Shown one piece after another: positions 16,242 to 24,959 of a stretch of DNA of 58,708 nucleotides. Source of the stretch: Candidatus Pacearchaeota archaeon (lineage in GTDB: Archaea > Nanobdellota > Nanobdellia > Pacearchaeales > GW2011-AR1); assembly GCA_018304145.1 (NCBI GenBank), contig JAGVWU010000006.1:1-58708 (forward strand), written 5' to 3'. The translations under genes were made by a program, and so were the position numbers. The number at the start of each line of letters is the position of its first letter. The first letter of the stretch is position 1. The notes beneath the pieces are model-generated. The model ran no database searches and was not told the origin of the DNA. It was given only the letters and a program-made list of their open reading frames with translations.

Positions 16242-16262
16242 GTTACTTATTAAAAATAATTT

Positions 16263-16658
16263 ATGATTTACAGAGGGTATGCAATTTTTAGAAGAATGGG
16301 AGGAAGAATTCTAGAAGTTCCTGATAGTAATCCTCATTATCATGGAAGCATTGAAAGAATTGGAGAAAGAAATTTTATTTCATTAGCCTTGCAAGATCAT
16401 ATTGATAATCAGATAGAAACACTTGTGCATGAATTGTTGCATCTTGGCTATGAATATAGAACTCCTCAATATAAAATTATTCCTGGATTACCAATTCCTA
16501 AAGAACTTGGAATTACAATAGAAGAAGCAAAAAAATATATAGGGGATATGGAAAAATTAATTGAAGCAGAAACTGAAAAAGTATCGCAAACTCAACCTCT
16601 TTTGGTTAGTCATTTAAGAGAATTAATAATTAATAGCAATAAACATACCAAACTTTAA
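16263..16658 (+). CDS. Hypothetical protein with HExxH motif (possible small metallopeptidase)
   Basis: LVHELLHLGYEY. Confidence 0.45.
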   Translation: MIYRGYAIFRRMGGRILEVPDSNPHYHGSIERIGERNFISLALQDHIDNQIETLVHELLHLGYEYRTPQYKIIPGLPIPKELGITIEEAKKYIGDMEKLIEAETEKVSQTQPLLVSHLRELIINSNKHTKL

Positions 16659-16701
16659 ATAACTTCCAATCTTTAATTTATTATAAAAAGAGGCAATAAA
16701 A

Positions 16702-17262
16702 ATGGAAGAACAATCCCATATTCTTAAAATCCTGAAAGAAGTTTATTCAGCATTGAAAAAGAAAAATTATATTGTAATCAAAGAATTAAGCAATCAGCTT
16801 GTTCATACTTCTTCAATGGAGCAGGACCCCGATGTTGTTTCTGTTGCTGTTATAATCTACGCACTAAGCAAAATTATTGAAAGGGAGAAATATCAGTTCT
16901 ATAAAAATTATCCTAATTTTTACAAAAATTATATTCAGTGCCTGAATAATATGATTTTTGCATTGGAAAAAAATGACATCCATAAATTTAGATTTGAAAT
17001 AGAGCACATAAGAAATTTAATAAAAAATCTTTCAGGACATTTAAAAAATTATATCAGCGAGGTTTTTAGAAAGGCAAAAATAAACAAAGCATCAAGGATT
17101 TATGAGCATGGAATATCTATGGAAAAAACAGCTAAAATTCTTGGAATTTCAGTATGGGAGTTGGCTGAATATTCAGGACAGACGGGGATTTCAGATGTTG
17201 ATTTATCAATAACAATGCCAATCAAAAACAGGATTAAAATTGTTGAGGATATTTTCAGATGA
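16702..17262 (+). CDS. Hypothetical protein with C-terminal helix-turn-helix
   Basis: ISMEKTAKILGISVWELAEYSG is HTH-like. It is the first gene of a tightly packed string of four. Confidence 0.5.
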   Translation: MEEQSHILKILKEVYSALKKKNYIVIKELSNQLVHTSSMEQDPDVVSVAVIIYALSKIIEREKYQFYKNYPNFYKNYIQCLNNMIFALEKNDIHKFRFEIEHIRNLIKNLSGHLKNYISEVFRKAKINKASRIYEHGISMEKTAKILGISVWELAEYSGQTGISDVDLSITMPIKNRIKIVEDIFR

Positions 17263-17302
17263 AACAAAACTTTTTTAGAAAAAGTTTTATCAAAAAATTA
17301 AA

Positions 17303-17596
17303 ATGATATCTTTAAGAGAAATTGAATTTGAATTAAACAAAATTAAGCAGAGAAATAAAAATGTAGAATTAGATAAAACCTGGGAGACAAGCTATACGAG
17401 AAGATTGATATTAACTTTATTTACATATTTGGCAATAGGAGTTTATCTTTGGGTAATTAAAATACCAATGCCATGGCTAAATGCAATTGTTCCTGCACTT
17501 GCTTTCATGTTTTCAACATTAACTTTGCCTATTTTTAAAAGAATATGGGTTAAACAAACCATTTTAAAAGAAGATTTTACCAAAAAACTAAAATGA
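17303..17596 (+). CDS. Small membrane protein (2 TM)
   Basis: Two hydrophobic helices. Overlaps the next ORF by 4 nt. Confidence 0.5.
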   Translation: MISLREIEFELNKIKQRNKNVELDKTWETSYTRRLILTLFTYLAIGVYLWVIKIPMPWLNAIVPALAFMFSTLTLPIFKRIWVKQTILKEDFTKKLK

Positions 17597-17802
17597 AAAT
17601 AACAAATTATGAAAAAAAGAATTATGTGTTAAAAGATAAAAAGAATTTAAAAATATTGCTGATAATAAAGAGATTAGAAAAAAATGATTTAGATAAAAAA
17701 GATAAAGAAATATTAAATCTTGCAAGAACTCAATTAAAAAAAGATTGGCAAACTCCTCTTATAACTTATCTTAATAAATTAATAAAGAAATACAAAAAAT
17801 GA
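17593..17802 (+). CDS. Small basic hypothetical protein (69 aa)
   Basis: 4-nt overlaps with both neighbours suggest translational coupling. Confidence 0.4.
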   Translation: MKITNYEKKNYVLKDKKNLKILLIIKRLEKNDLDKKDKEILNLARTQLKKDWQTPLITYLNKLIKKYKK

Positions 17803-18488
17803 CAGCTTCAAAATACCTTATTTTTGATTCAGGGCCTATAATAAATTTTGCATTGAATGGCATGCTTCCTATGCTAGAAAAACTCCGTAAGGAATTCAGG
17901 GGAGAATTTCTCATAACTAAGGAAGTGAAAAATGAAATAATTGATTATCCATTGACAATCAGAAAATATGAATTAGAAGCAATGCAAATTAAAGATTTAT
18001 TTGACAGGAATATAATCAAGCATGCCGATATAACTCCTGAACAGGTTGATTTGCTAAGGGAAAAAAGAGAAGAAATAATGAGTGTTGCAAATTCTATTTT
18101 TCGTTCTAAAAATGACAATATTCATTTGTTGGATAAAGGAGAATGCGCTACTCTTGCTTTATGCTCTATTTTAAAAGAACCTTCTCTGGTTGTTGTTGAT
18201 GAAAGAACTACAAGAATGTTATGTGAAAATCCAGAAAATTTAAGAAAATTAATGGAAAAAAAGCTTCATGTTTCTATAAAAGCAAGAAGAGAGGATTATG
18301 AATTTTTTAAAAAATTCAAGATAATCCGTTCAGCGGAGTTAGCTTTAATTGCATGCAAGAGAGATTTGTTTGATATAAAAAATCCCAGGATTCTTGAAGC
18401 GGTTTTATATGGATTAAAATACAAAGGATGCTCTATTTCTGAACAGGAAATCAATGAAATTAAGAAATGCAAGAAATTGCAGAGGTAA
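17799..18488 (+). CDS. PIN-like predicted nucleic-acid-binding protein
   Basis: LIFDSGPIINFALNGMLPMLEKL...ITKEVKNEI resembles the COG2405/DUF3368 type of PIN-like domain. Confidence 0.45.
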   Translation: MTASKYLIFDSGPIINFALNGMLPMLEKLRKEFRGEFLITKEVKNEIIDYPLTIRKYELEAMQIKDLFDRNIIKHADITPEQVDLLREKREEIMSVANSIFRSKNDNIHLLDKGECATLALCSILKEPSLVVVDERTTRMLCENPENLRKLMEKKLHVSIKARREDYEFFKKFKIIRSAELALIACKRDLFDIKNPRILEAVLYGLKYKGCSISEQEINEIKKCKKLQR

Positions 18489-18542
18489 TTAGTTCTTAAA
18501 AAGGATAGATTTTTAATAGGATGACATATTGTACTATTGGTC

Positions 18543-18613
18543 GGGTGTATAGTTCAATGGTAGAACACGAGCCTCCAGAGCTTGAGATGGGGATTCGATT
18601 TCCCCTGCGCCCA
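18543..18613 (+). tRNA. tRNA-Trp (anticodon CCA), no intron
   Basis: Acceptor GGGTGTA/TGCGCCC (two G-U), D stem GTTC/GAAC, anticodon stem CGAGC/GCTTG, loop CTCCAGA, T arm GGGGA-TTCGATT-TCCCC. TTTTAATA box is about 28 nt upstream. Confidence 0.85.
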
Positions 18614-18616
18614 TTT

Positions 18617-19621
18617 TCAAACTTCTTCTCCAATTACAAACTGATTATTAATCCTGAATAAATCAGCTTCTTTTTTCATATTTTTATTCAGCTGGTTTTC
18701 AATCATATTTCTCTCTTTCCAGTAATTTTTTGGTTCAATTGAATATTTAAGAATAACTTTTCCAAATCCTTTTAATTTTAAAATCCTGATAATATCATTT
18801 AAATTATTGCAAATTCTTATAACTTTATAGGGTTTGCATAAACTCAGTAAATCATCTTCTTCGAAATAATCAGAAGTTAAAAATACTTTATTTTTATCCT
18901 TATTTTCCAAGATTAGAGCATTAATTTTTCCTGCGAATTCATTAATCAAGTCAGCTTTTACAATTGCCTCGCTTATTTCAAAAATATATTTTAAAGGAGC
19001 TTTAACAGACTTTGTTTTAATAAGTTTCTTGGACTTTTCAATCCTTGCTTCTGAAAAAACATCAACAACACTTATTTCAGATTTTTTTAATTCTCCAAAA
19101 TAAATATCCAGTCTGTTTAACTTGTTATTTATTGATAGATATTCTTTTTCACAGTTAAAGTCTTTTAATTTTTCCAAATCCATCCTTGGAGGCATTTCAA
19201 TGCAGATATTTTTAGTTATTTTAGAATAAGCATCAATCAATTTCTTTAAATCCGGTTTTATAGAAAAAAGGTTTCTTTCTTTTTCTTCTGCTAATCTTTC
19301 TGGATCGCAAAATATTATATTTGGAGAAAAATCCTTAATTTTTTCAATAACTTTTTCATCCAAGACATCTCCTTTGATAAATTTTAAATTTTCATCAGGA
19401 AAGTTCTTTTTTGCATTATCAACTTTTCTTTCGTCAATTTCAATCCCCAAAACCTGTTCGCAGGTTTTGGCAAATGCTCCTGTCTGCACACCAATTCCGC
19501 AACATAAATCAACAATTCTGCTGCATTTTAATCTATTTGCCCGGTATTCAGCAACCTCTTTTGGAGTTGCAAATCTTACGTCCTCTTCATTAAAATGTTT
19601 TATTTTGCCTATATTTTTCAT
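18617..19621 (-). CDS. SAM-dependent methyltransferase (RNA methyltransferase-like)
   Basis: VDLCCGIGVQTGAFA, GIEIDERKV, FCDPER. ATG 19621 forms an ATGA overlap with the uppP stop; the track start at 19636 is less likely. Confidence 0.65.
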   Translation of the reverse strand: MKNIGKIKHFNEEDVRFATPKEVAEYRANRLKCSRIVDLCCGIGVQTGAFAKTCEQVLGIEIDERKVDNAKKNFPDENLKFIKGDVLDEKVIEKIKDFSPNIIFCDPERLAEEKERNLFSIKPDLKKLIDAYSKITKNICIEMPPRMDLEKLKDFNCEKEYLSINNKLNRLDIYFGELKKSEISVVDVFSEARIEKSKKLIKTKSVKAPLKYIFEISEAIVKADLINEFAGKINALILENKDKNKVFLTSDYFEEDDLLSLCKPYKVIRICNNLNDIIRILKLKGFGKVILKYSIEPKNYWKERNMIENQLNKNMKKEADLFRINNQFVIGEEV

Positions 19622-20385
19622 TTTACAAAACTCCATAGCAATACCAGAACACCAATTACAAAATTATAAATTCCAAACAAATAAAACTTATCACTTTTTA
19701 CAATTTTTAAAAGAAGTTTTATTGTAAAAATTGAAACTATTAAGGTTATTGTGAATGATAAAATCAACATTTGGTAGCTGATATCTGAAAAAGCCAAGTC
19801 TTTTAGTTCCAATAGAGAAGCTCCTAATATTACTGGGATAGCAAGCAGAAATGAAAATTTAACAGCTTCTTCTCTTTTCAAGCCTCGAAATATTCCCGAG
19901 CTGATTGTTGCTCCGCTTCTTGAAATTCCTGGTAGAATTGCAATTGCTTGGAATATTCCTATGAATAGAGAATCAACAAAATTTATTTCTTTTTCTCTTG
20001 TTTTTGAAAACTTTGTTGAGTAGACTAACATTCCACTTATAATAAAAAATATCCCCAAATAATATAGGTTTGAAAAAAAACTTTCTATTTGGGTTTTAAA
20101 AAAAAGTCCAATTATTCCTGCTGGAATTGTTCCTAATATTATTAAAAACAGGTATTTTAGATTTTTCCTGTCTTTTATATTTAAAATATTAATTATCTCT
20201 TTTTTAAGCACAAAAACAACAGCAATTATGCTTGCCAAATGCAAAAAAATATCAAAAGATAAACTTTGAAAACCGAAGAAATTCTGAAAAATAGCCAAAT
20301 GTCCTGAACTGCTGACAGGAAACCATTCTGTTATTCCCTGTAGGATGCTTAGAGTTATTAATTGAAGCCATGAGACCATATTCAT
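19618..20385 (-). CDS. uppP: Undecaprenyl-diphosphatase
   Basis: GITEWFPVSSSGHL and PGISRSGATI signatures, multi-TM. ATG at 20385 or 20379. Confidence 0.9.
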   Translation of the reverse strand: MNMVSWLQLITLSILQGITEWFPVSSSGHLAIFQNFFGFQSLSFDIFLHLASIIAVVFVLKKEIINILNIKDRKNLKYLFLIILGTIPAGIIGLFFKTQIESFFSNLYYLGIFFIISGMLVYSTKFSKTREKEINFVDSLFIGIFQAIAILPGISRSGATISSGIFRGLKREEAVKFSFLLAIPVILGASLLELKDLAFSDISYQMLILSFTITLIVSIFTIKLLLKIVKSDKFYLFGIYNFVIGVLVLLWSFVK

Positions 20386-20401
20386 CAAAACAATACTAAT
20401 G

Positions 20402-20409
20402 TTTATAAA
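20402..20409. promoter_or_regulatory. Shared palindromic TATA box (TTTATAAA) between uppP and ORF 20431
   Basis: 25.5 nt to ATG 20431, and 20.5 or 26.5 nt to the uppP ATGs at 20385 or 20379. Confidence 0.5.
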
Positions 20410-20430
20410 TTATTCTTTCTTTCTTAATTT

Positions 20431-20841
20431 ATGGTTAAAAAAGATGGTTCAATAAATAAAAAATTCAACGATGAGGATTTACAGAAAGCTCTGATTGAAA
20501 ATTTTATCAGCCTACAAAAGGTTTTAACTAATCTTTCTGTTAAATTTGATGAATTATCTTCAAATATATCCAAACTTCTCCAGTTATTTGAAATTTCAGC
20601 AAAGAGTTTTACAGAAAAATATTCTTCAGGAGATTTTGGGAAACAATCCCAGGCAGACCAGGAATTCTTGAAAAAATTAGATTCTCTTTTGGATCAGAAT
20701 AAAACCATTTCAAAAGCTATACTTTTAATGGAAGAAAAAATAAGAAATAGAAATAATCCTCAATCAATACAGCCTGCCACAAGAGAAGAGCCAAACCAGC
20801 TTCAAGGAATGATAAGGTCTAAACCATTTCCTAAATATTAG
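20431..20841 (+). CDS. Hypothetical coiled-coil protein
   Basis: ORF with a TATA box at the canonical distance. No recognisable motif. Confidence 0.5.
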   Translation: MVKKDGSINKKFNDEDLQKALIENFISLQKVLTNLSVKFDELSSNISKLLQLFEISAKSFTEKYSSGDFGKQSQADQEFLKKLDSLLDQNKTISKAILLMEEKIRNRNNPQSIQPATREEPNQLQGMIRSKPFPKY

Positions 20842-20952
20842 GAATCATCTAGAGATTTTCAAATGTTTTTGATATTAGGTTTAGTTTTTGAAAATCTTAG
20901 TATATAAAAAACCGAAATAAGTAAAAGGAGTTGTTACATAATTTTTGATAAA

Positions 20953-21702
20953 ATGGAATTGAAACAGCCTAATGCAGAGTCTAGGATTATTTTTTTAAAG
21001 AAATTTACAGAGGAACTTATCATAAGTTTTTTAGAAGAAGAGCAAATTAAAAAAGAAATTAAAATAGAAAAATTAAGAAAAGAATTTATAGAACCTAATA
21101 TTTCCCCTGAGCAGGCATTTAGAAAAATAATAAGAACTCCGGTTGTTCCAGCCCATATTTCTGAAAAAAAAGAAATTAAACAAGCTATTTTTAAAAATGT
21201 TTTGCCAAAAAAAACTGAAAAAAAATTATATGCTAATCCTTTGATTCAAAGAATGGTTATTAATAAATATCCTAATAAATTATCTTTAAATAAAGAAAAA
21301 TCCATATTAATGTATCAGCCTTTTTCAATATATCCCAAAGAACCCTCTCCACTGCAAACTTTTGAGCTAGAATCACAACAAAGGCCTGAAGGATTCAATC
21401 TTGGCAAGGTGGATTTGCTTCTTAAGGATCCATTGATTAAGATAATTGAATGTGAAGGGCCTGATAAGGAATTAATAATTAAAAAAAATGGAAGGATGTA
21501 TACAACCAAAATAATAATGAATCCGGCAGAAATAAAAGAAGTTTTAGATTCTTTTTCAAAAGAAGCCAGGATTCCTGTAATAATTGGAGTTTTTAAGGCA
21601 GTTGTAGGAGATTTAATGATTTCTGCCTTGGTTTCAGATGTTGTTGGCTCAAAATTTATAATAACCAAGATGTCTCAGTATTCTTTATTGAAACAGAAGT
21701 GA
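20953..21702 (+). CDS. Hypothetical protein; C-terminal part resembles the N-domain of secretion/archaellum ATPases
   Basis: IKIIECEGPDKELIIKKNGRMYTTKIIMNPAEIKEVLDSFSKEARIPV resembles the N-terminal domain of FlaI/VirB11-type ATPases. No Walker motifs are present. Confidence 0.45.
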   Translation: MELKQPNAESRIIFLKKFTEELIISFLEEEQIKKEIKIEKLRKEFIEPNISPEQAFRKIIRTPVVPAHISEKKEIKQAIFKNVLPKKTEKKLYANPLIQRMVINKYPNKLSLNKEKSILMYQPFSIYPKEPSPLQTFELESQQRPEGFNLGKVDLLLKDPLIKIIECEGPDKELIIKKNGRMYTTKIIMNPAEIKEVLDSFSKEARIPVIIGVFKAVVGDLMISALVSDVVGSKFIITKMSQYSLLKQK

Positions 21703-22044
21703 ATTAATTGTTATATAATTTATTAAGGTTATGAAATATAAGTGTTTCTTAGGTTTTCTCAATCTTGCTTGAACAACAAAACCGAATAATATATTAATTA
21801 CTTATAGAATTTTTCTTTTCAAAAACTTCTCAAAAAAGGAAGGGGAGAAGAAAAATTCCTCTCCCAATTCCTCTTTTTGGTTCTTTTACAAATAGTTTTG
21901 CTTTTTAAATGATTTAGGTAATTGAAAGAGTATTTGTTAAAAAGAATATCCAAAACCTTTCTTTGTAATTTGACTTTTTAAGATTATATTTTACAAACCG
22001 CCATTTAGAAAATATATTTAAACTTAGTTCTGTTGATAAGTATT

Positions 22045-22329
22045 ATGAGAACTGATGATAAAATAAAAATATCAAAGATAGAAAAATATTATAATTTGAC
22101 ATCCAAAGCTTTAGCAATTGTTAAAAAGTCAATTGTGAAAGGAAAAGAAATTCAAGCGCATGAAATAATCCAAATGGTTGAATGCTATTTATATGATGCA
22201 AAACATTTTGAAAAAAAAGGTAATTATGTTAATAGTTTTGCTTGCCTTAATTATGCCCATGGCTGGCTGGATGCTGGTGCAAGGTTGAAAATATTTGATG
22301 TAAAAGATAACCAACTGTTTACTGTTTAA
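22045..22329 (+). CDS. DUF357-family protein
   Basis: CYLYDAKHFEKKGNYVNSFACLNYAHGWLDAGARL matches the DUF357 signature from memory. First ATG is at 22045. Confidence 0.55.
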   Translation: MRTDDKIKISKIEKYYNLTSKALAIVKKSIVKGKEIQAHEIIQMVECYLYDAKHFEKKGNYVNSFACLNYAHGWLDAGARLKIFDVKDNQLFTV

Positions 22330-22349
22330 ATGTTATAAGATACTATAAT

Positions 22350-22388
22350 GAAAGACATAAGTTTTTCTCATTTTATTATGTTTTTCCC
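22350..22388 (+). repeat. Dispersed hairpin repeat, family C, copy 1
   Basis: gaaagacataa gtttttctcattttat tatgtttttccc. Both stem and loop are similar to 44009-44050. Confidence 0.65.
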
Positions 22389-22601
22389 TAATAAATCAAG
22401 GAAATAAAAAGCATTTATGTATCTAAATAAATATTCGTTAAATGTTTTTTATTGGCGCACGAACTTGGGAATACCAGCGTCTTTGATTATAACCTAAAAT
22501 TAGAGAGCTAGGTTGTGAAATGATTTGTATATTCAAAGCCATAACTTTTATTCGTCAAATTAATATAGATTATACTATTTATTCATTCTGAATCTTTGCC
22601 A

Positions 22602-23111
22602 TTATTTTAAAATACCTGTTGCTAATCCTATTGGAGTTCTCATTAGATAATTCCAGATGTCTCCAATCAGGCAATCAGCATCTTTAGGATTCTTTTGAGG
22701 GTTAAGATTACACAGGTTTTGCTTTGCTGTGCAATGAACAGAATAATAAGTTTTTGCTTTTTCAGAGTCCATTATAACTTCCCTATGGGGTCTTGATAAA
22801 TATTTTGAAACTTCTTCAATCTTTTTAGCAGAAGGGCTTTCTTCCTGTATTCTTTTTGCTAATCCTTCTTTTTTTGGACTCTCCAATTCCATTGTAAAAA
22901 AAAGCTTTCCTCCACTATCATAAAAACCAAGCAAACATTCAACTCCTTTATATACAAAATCAATTACTTTTCTTTCTGTTAATTTGGAATGTGTCTCTCT
23001 TAATACTATATCAAATCCACTGAATTTCTTTCCTAATTCAGTTTTTAATTTTTCATGATATTGTTTTGGAATATTCATAAAATTCTTAAAAAAAACCTGC
23101 TTAAAAATCAT
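22602..23111 (-). CDS. Hypothetical protein (169 aa)
   Basis: Long ORF, no recognisable motif. Confidence 0.5.
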   Translation of the reverse strand: MIFKQVFFKNFMNIPKQYHEKLKTELGKKFSGFDIVLRETHSKLTERKVIDFVYKGVECLLGFYDSGGKLFFTMELESPKKEGLAKRIQEESPSAKKIEEVSKYLSRPHREVIMDSEKAKTYYSVHCTAKQNLCNLNPQKNPKDADCLIGDIWNYLMRTPIGLATGILK

Positions 23112-23312
23112 TATTATACTCTATTATCACTATTAAAAAGCAATGTTTAAATAAACTCATTCATTAGTTATCTTAAATAGTAGTAAAAAAGATGGTGTAT
23201 AATAAATTGAAATAGTAAATGAGAGAAATAGAATGAGTTGTGAATAATAAAGTTATGCTTTTCCATAATCTCACTTGCTTGACATTCTCCATCCTGCAAT
23301 AAATTAATAAAA

Positions 23313-24008
23313 ATGGTAAAACAGATAATTGTGATGAGTCTTGGAGGCAGTTTAATTGTTCCTGATAAAATTAATGCACATTTATTGAAAGATTTTAAGA
23401 AAGTTCTTTTTAAAAATACTGGAAAATATAAATTTGTTGTTGTTTGCGGAGGCGGGCAAACTGCAAGAACTTATATAAAAGGATTGAATTATGAAGATAT
23501 TAAGAATAAAGAATATTTGCAGGGGCTTTTGGGCATTGCATCAACAAGATTAAATGCAAGATTTATGACTTATTTTTTTGGCAGAGAAGCAAATCAAGGA
23601 ATGCCTCATGATATGGTGGATGTTGAAAATCTTTTAAAAATTCATGATGTTGTTTTTTGCGGGGCATTAAGGTATGCTTTAAATGAAACTTCTGACGCAA
23701 CTTCTGTGAAATTAGCAAGGTATTTTAATACTTCTTTTATTAATTTGACTAATGTTTCAGGGCTTCATGATAAAAATCCTTTAATATATAAAACTGCAAA
23801 GTTCATTCCTGAAATCACTCATAAAGAATTCTACAAAATGGTTTCTAAAATAAAATTCAAGCCAGGACAGCATTTTATATTGGACCAGAAAGCAGCCAAG
23901 ATAATAAAGAAATATAAAATTCCAACTTATATTTTAGGGCCTGACATGAAGAATTTGGATAATTTATTAAATAACCGGCATTTTGTTGGAAGCGTGATTT
24001 TTAGCTGA
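23313..24008 (+). CDS. pyrH: Uridylate kinase, archaeal type (amino-acid kinase fold)
   Basis: VMSLGGSLIVP, VVVCGGGQTAR, ATSVKLA, and a length of about 230 aa, as in archaeal UMP kinases. Confidence 0.75.
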   Translation: MVKQIIVMSLGGSLIVPDKINAHLLKDFKKVLFKNTGKYKFVVVCGGGQTARTYIKGLNYEDIKNKEYLQGLLGIASTRLNARFMTYFFGREANQGMPHDMVDVENLLKIHDVVFCGALRYALNETSDATSVKLARYFNTSFINLTNVSGLHDKNPLIYKTAKFIPEITHKEFYKMVSKIKFKPGQHFILDQKAAKIIKKYKIPTYILGPDMKNLDNLLNNRHFVGSVIFS

Positions 24009-24161
24009 TTTCTGAAATTTAATCTGCTTTCAGCAAGACTTAAATTTCTGATTGTAACCCTAATAAAAATTCTTTAGAAAAAATAATCTTAACGAAGTTT
24101 GATTAATTTTTTATAAATAATTCTAGAAAACTATTTAATATAAGTATTCATTTAATTATAC

Positions 24162-24608
24162 ATGATAATCAATACCACAAACCTCAACGAAGTCCGCAAG
24201 CAGATTCAGAAGTTTAAGAAAGAAAATTCAAATGAAGCAATTATAGTCAAAGCTTTTGATGAAGAATTCAATAAGAAAGTTCTTGAGATTCCTGGAGTTA
24301 AGGTTTTGCTCGCTCCTGAAATCCATAATAGAAAAGAGCCATTAAAGCAAAGGGATTCTGGATTAAACGAGCATTTATGCAGATTTGCTAAAGAAAAAAA
24401 TATCAAGATTGCAATTGACATTGGTTCATTGCAGAAACTTGATAAAAAAGAAAAAGCTATGGTTCTTTCAAGAATCATGCAGAACATCCAGTTATGCAAA
24501 AGAACAAAAACACCTATTGTTCTCTGGCCCGAAGATAGATATTCTAAATTGGATGCAATTTCTTTTATTACAAGTTTGAAAGGAAGTACTGAGATGATGA
24601 ATAAATAA
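24162..24608 (+). CDS. Possible RNase P protein component 3 (Rpp30-like), shortened
   Basis: By-eye alignment to Pyrococcus Rpp30: GVKVLLAPE..DSGLNEHLCRFAKEKNIKIAIDIGSL...MQNIQLCKRTKTPIV. Confidence 0.4.
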   Translation: MIINTTNLNEVRKQIQKFKKENSNEAIIVKAFDEEFNKKVLEIPGVKVLLAPEIHNRKEPLKQRDSGLNEHLCRFAKEKNIKIAIDIGSLQKLDKKEKAMVLSRIMQNIQLCKRTKTPIVLWPEDRYSKLDAISFITSLKGSTEMMNK

Positions 24609-24610
24609 TT

Positions 24611-24877
24611 TTAACGTTCTTCCAAAGCTTTTCTAGCATTACTTAACCCACCATTACAATCTTCATCAATATCATTTAATGAAGAGGCATCATTTCCAGC
24701 AAAATGAAGAATTTTTCCAAAATGAATATCTAATCTGATATCTAAAGCATCAGCAGTCCTACACCCGTTAACAATTTCTACTGCTTGAAGAAACAAATGA
24801 TCAGGAATATCTTGTTCATAAGAATTCCAGACTCTTCTAGCCTTCAATGGATTATCATAATTATCAAAATTTACCAT
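24611..24877 (-). CDS. Hypothetical protein (88 aa)
   Basis: Clean ORF with an acidic, non-low-complexity composition. Confidence 0.45.
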   Translation of the reverse strand: MVNFDNYDNPLKARRVWNSYEQDIPDHLFLQAVEIVNGCRTADALDIRLDIHFGKILHFAGNDASSLNDIDEDCNGGLSNARKALEER

Positions 24878-24930
24878 TTCAATTAATCCTAAAAATAGTT
24901 TAAAAATCTTTCTATTAAAATTAGATTAAC

Positions 24931-24938
24931 TTTATAAA
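24931..24938 (+). promoter_or_regulatory. TATA box (TTTATAAA) for pheS
   Basis: Box centre is 25.5 nt from ATG 24960. Confidence 0.5.
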
Positions 24939-24959
24939 ACTCTTATTCTATAAATTATA

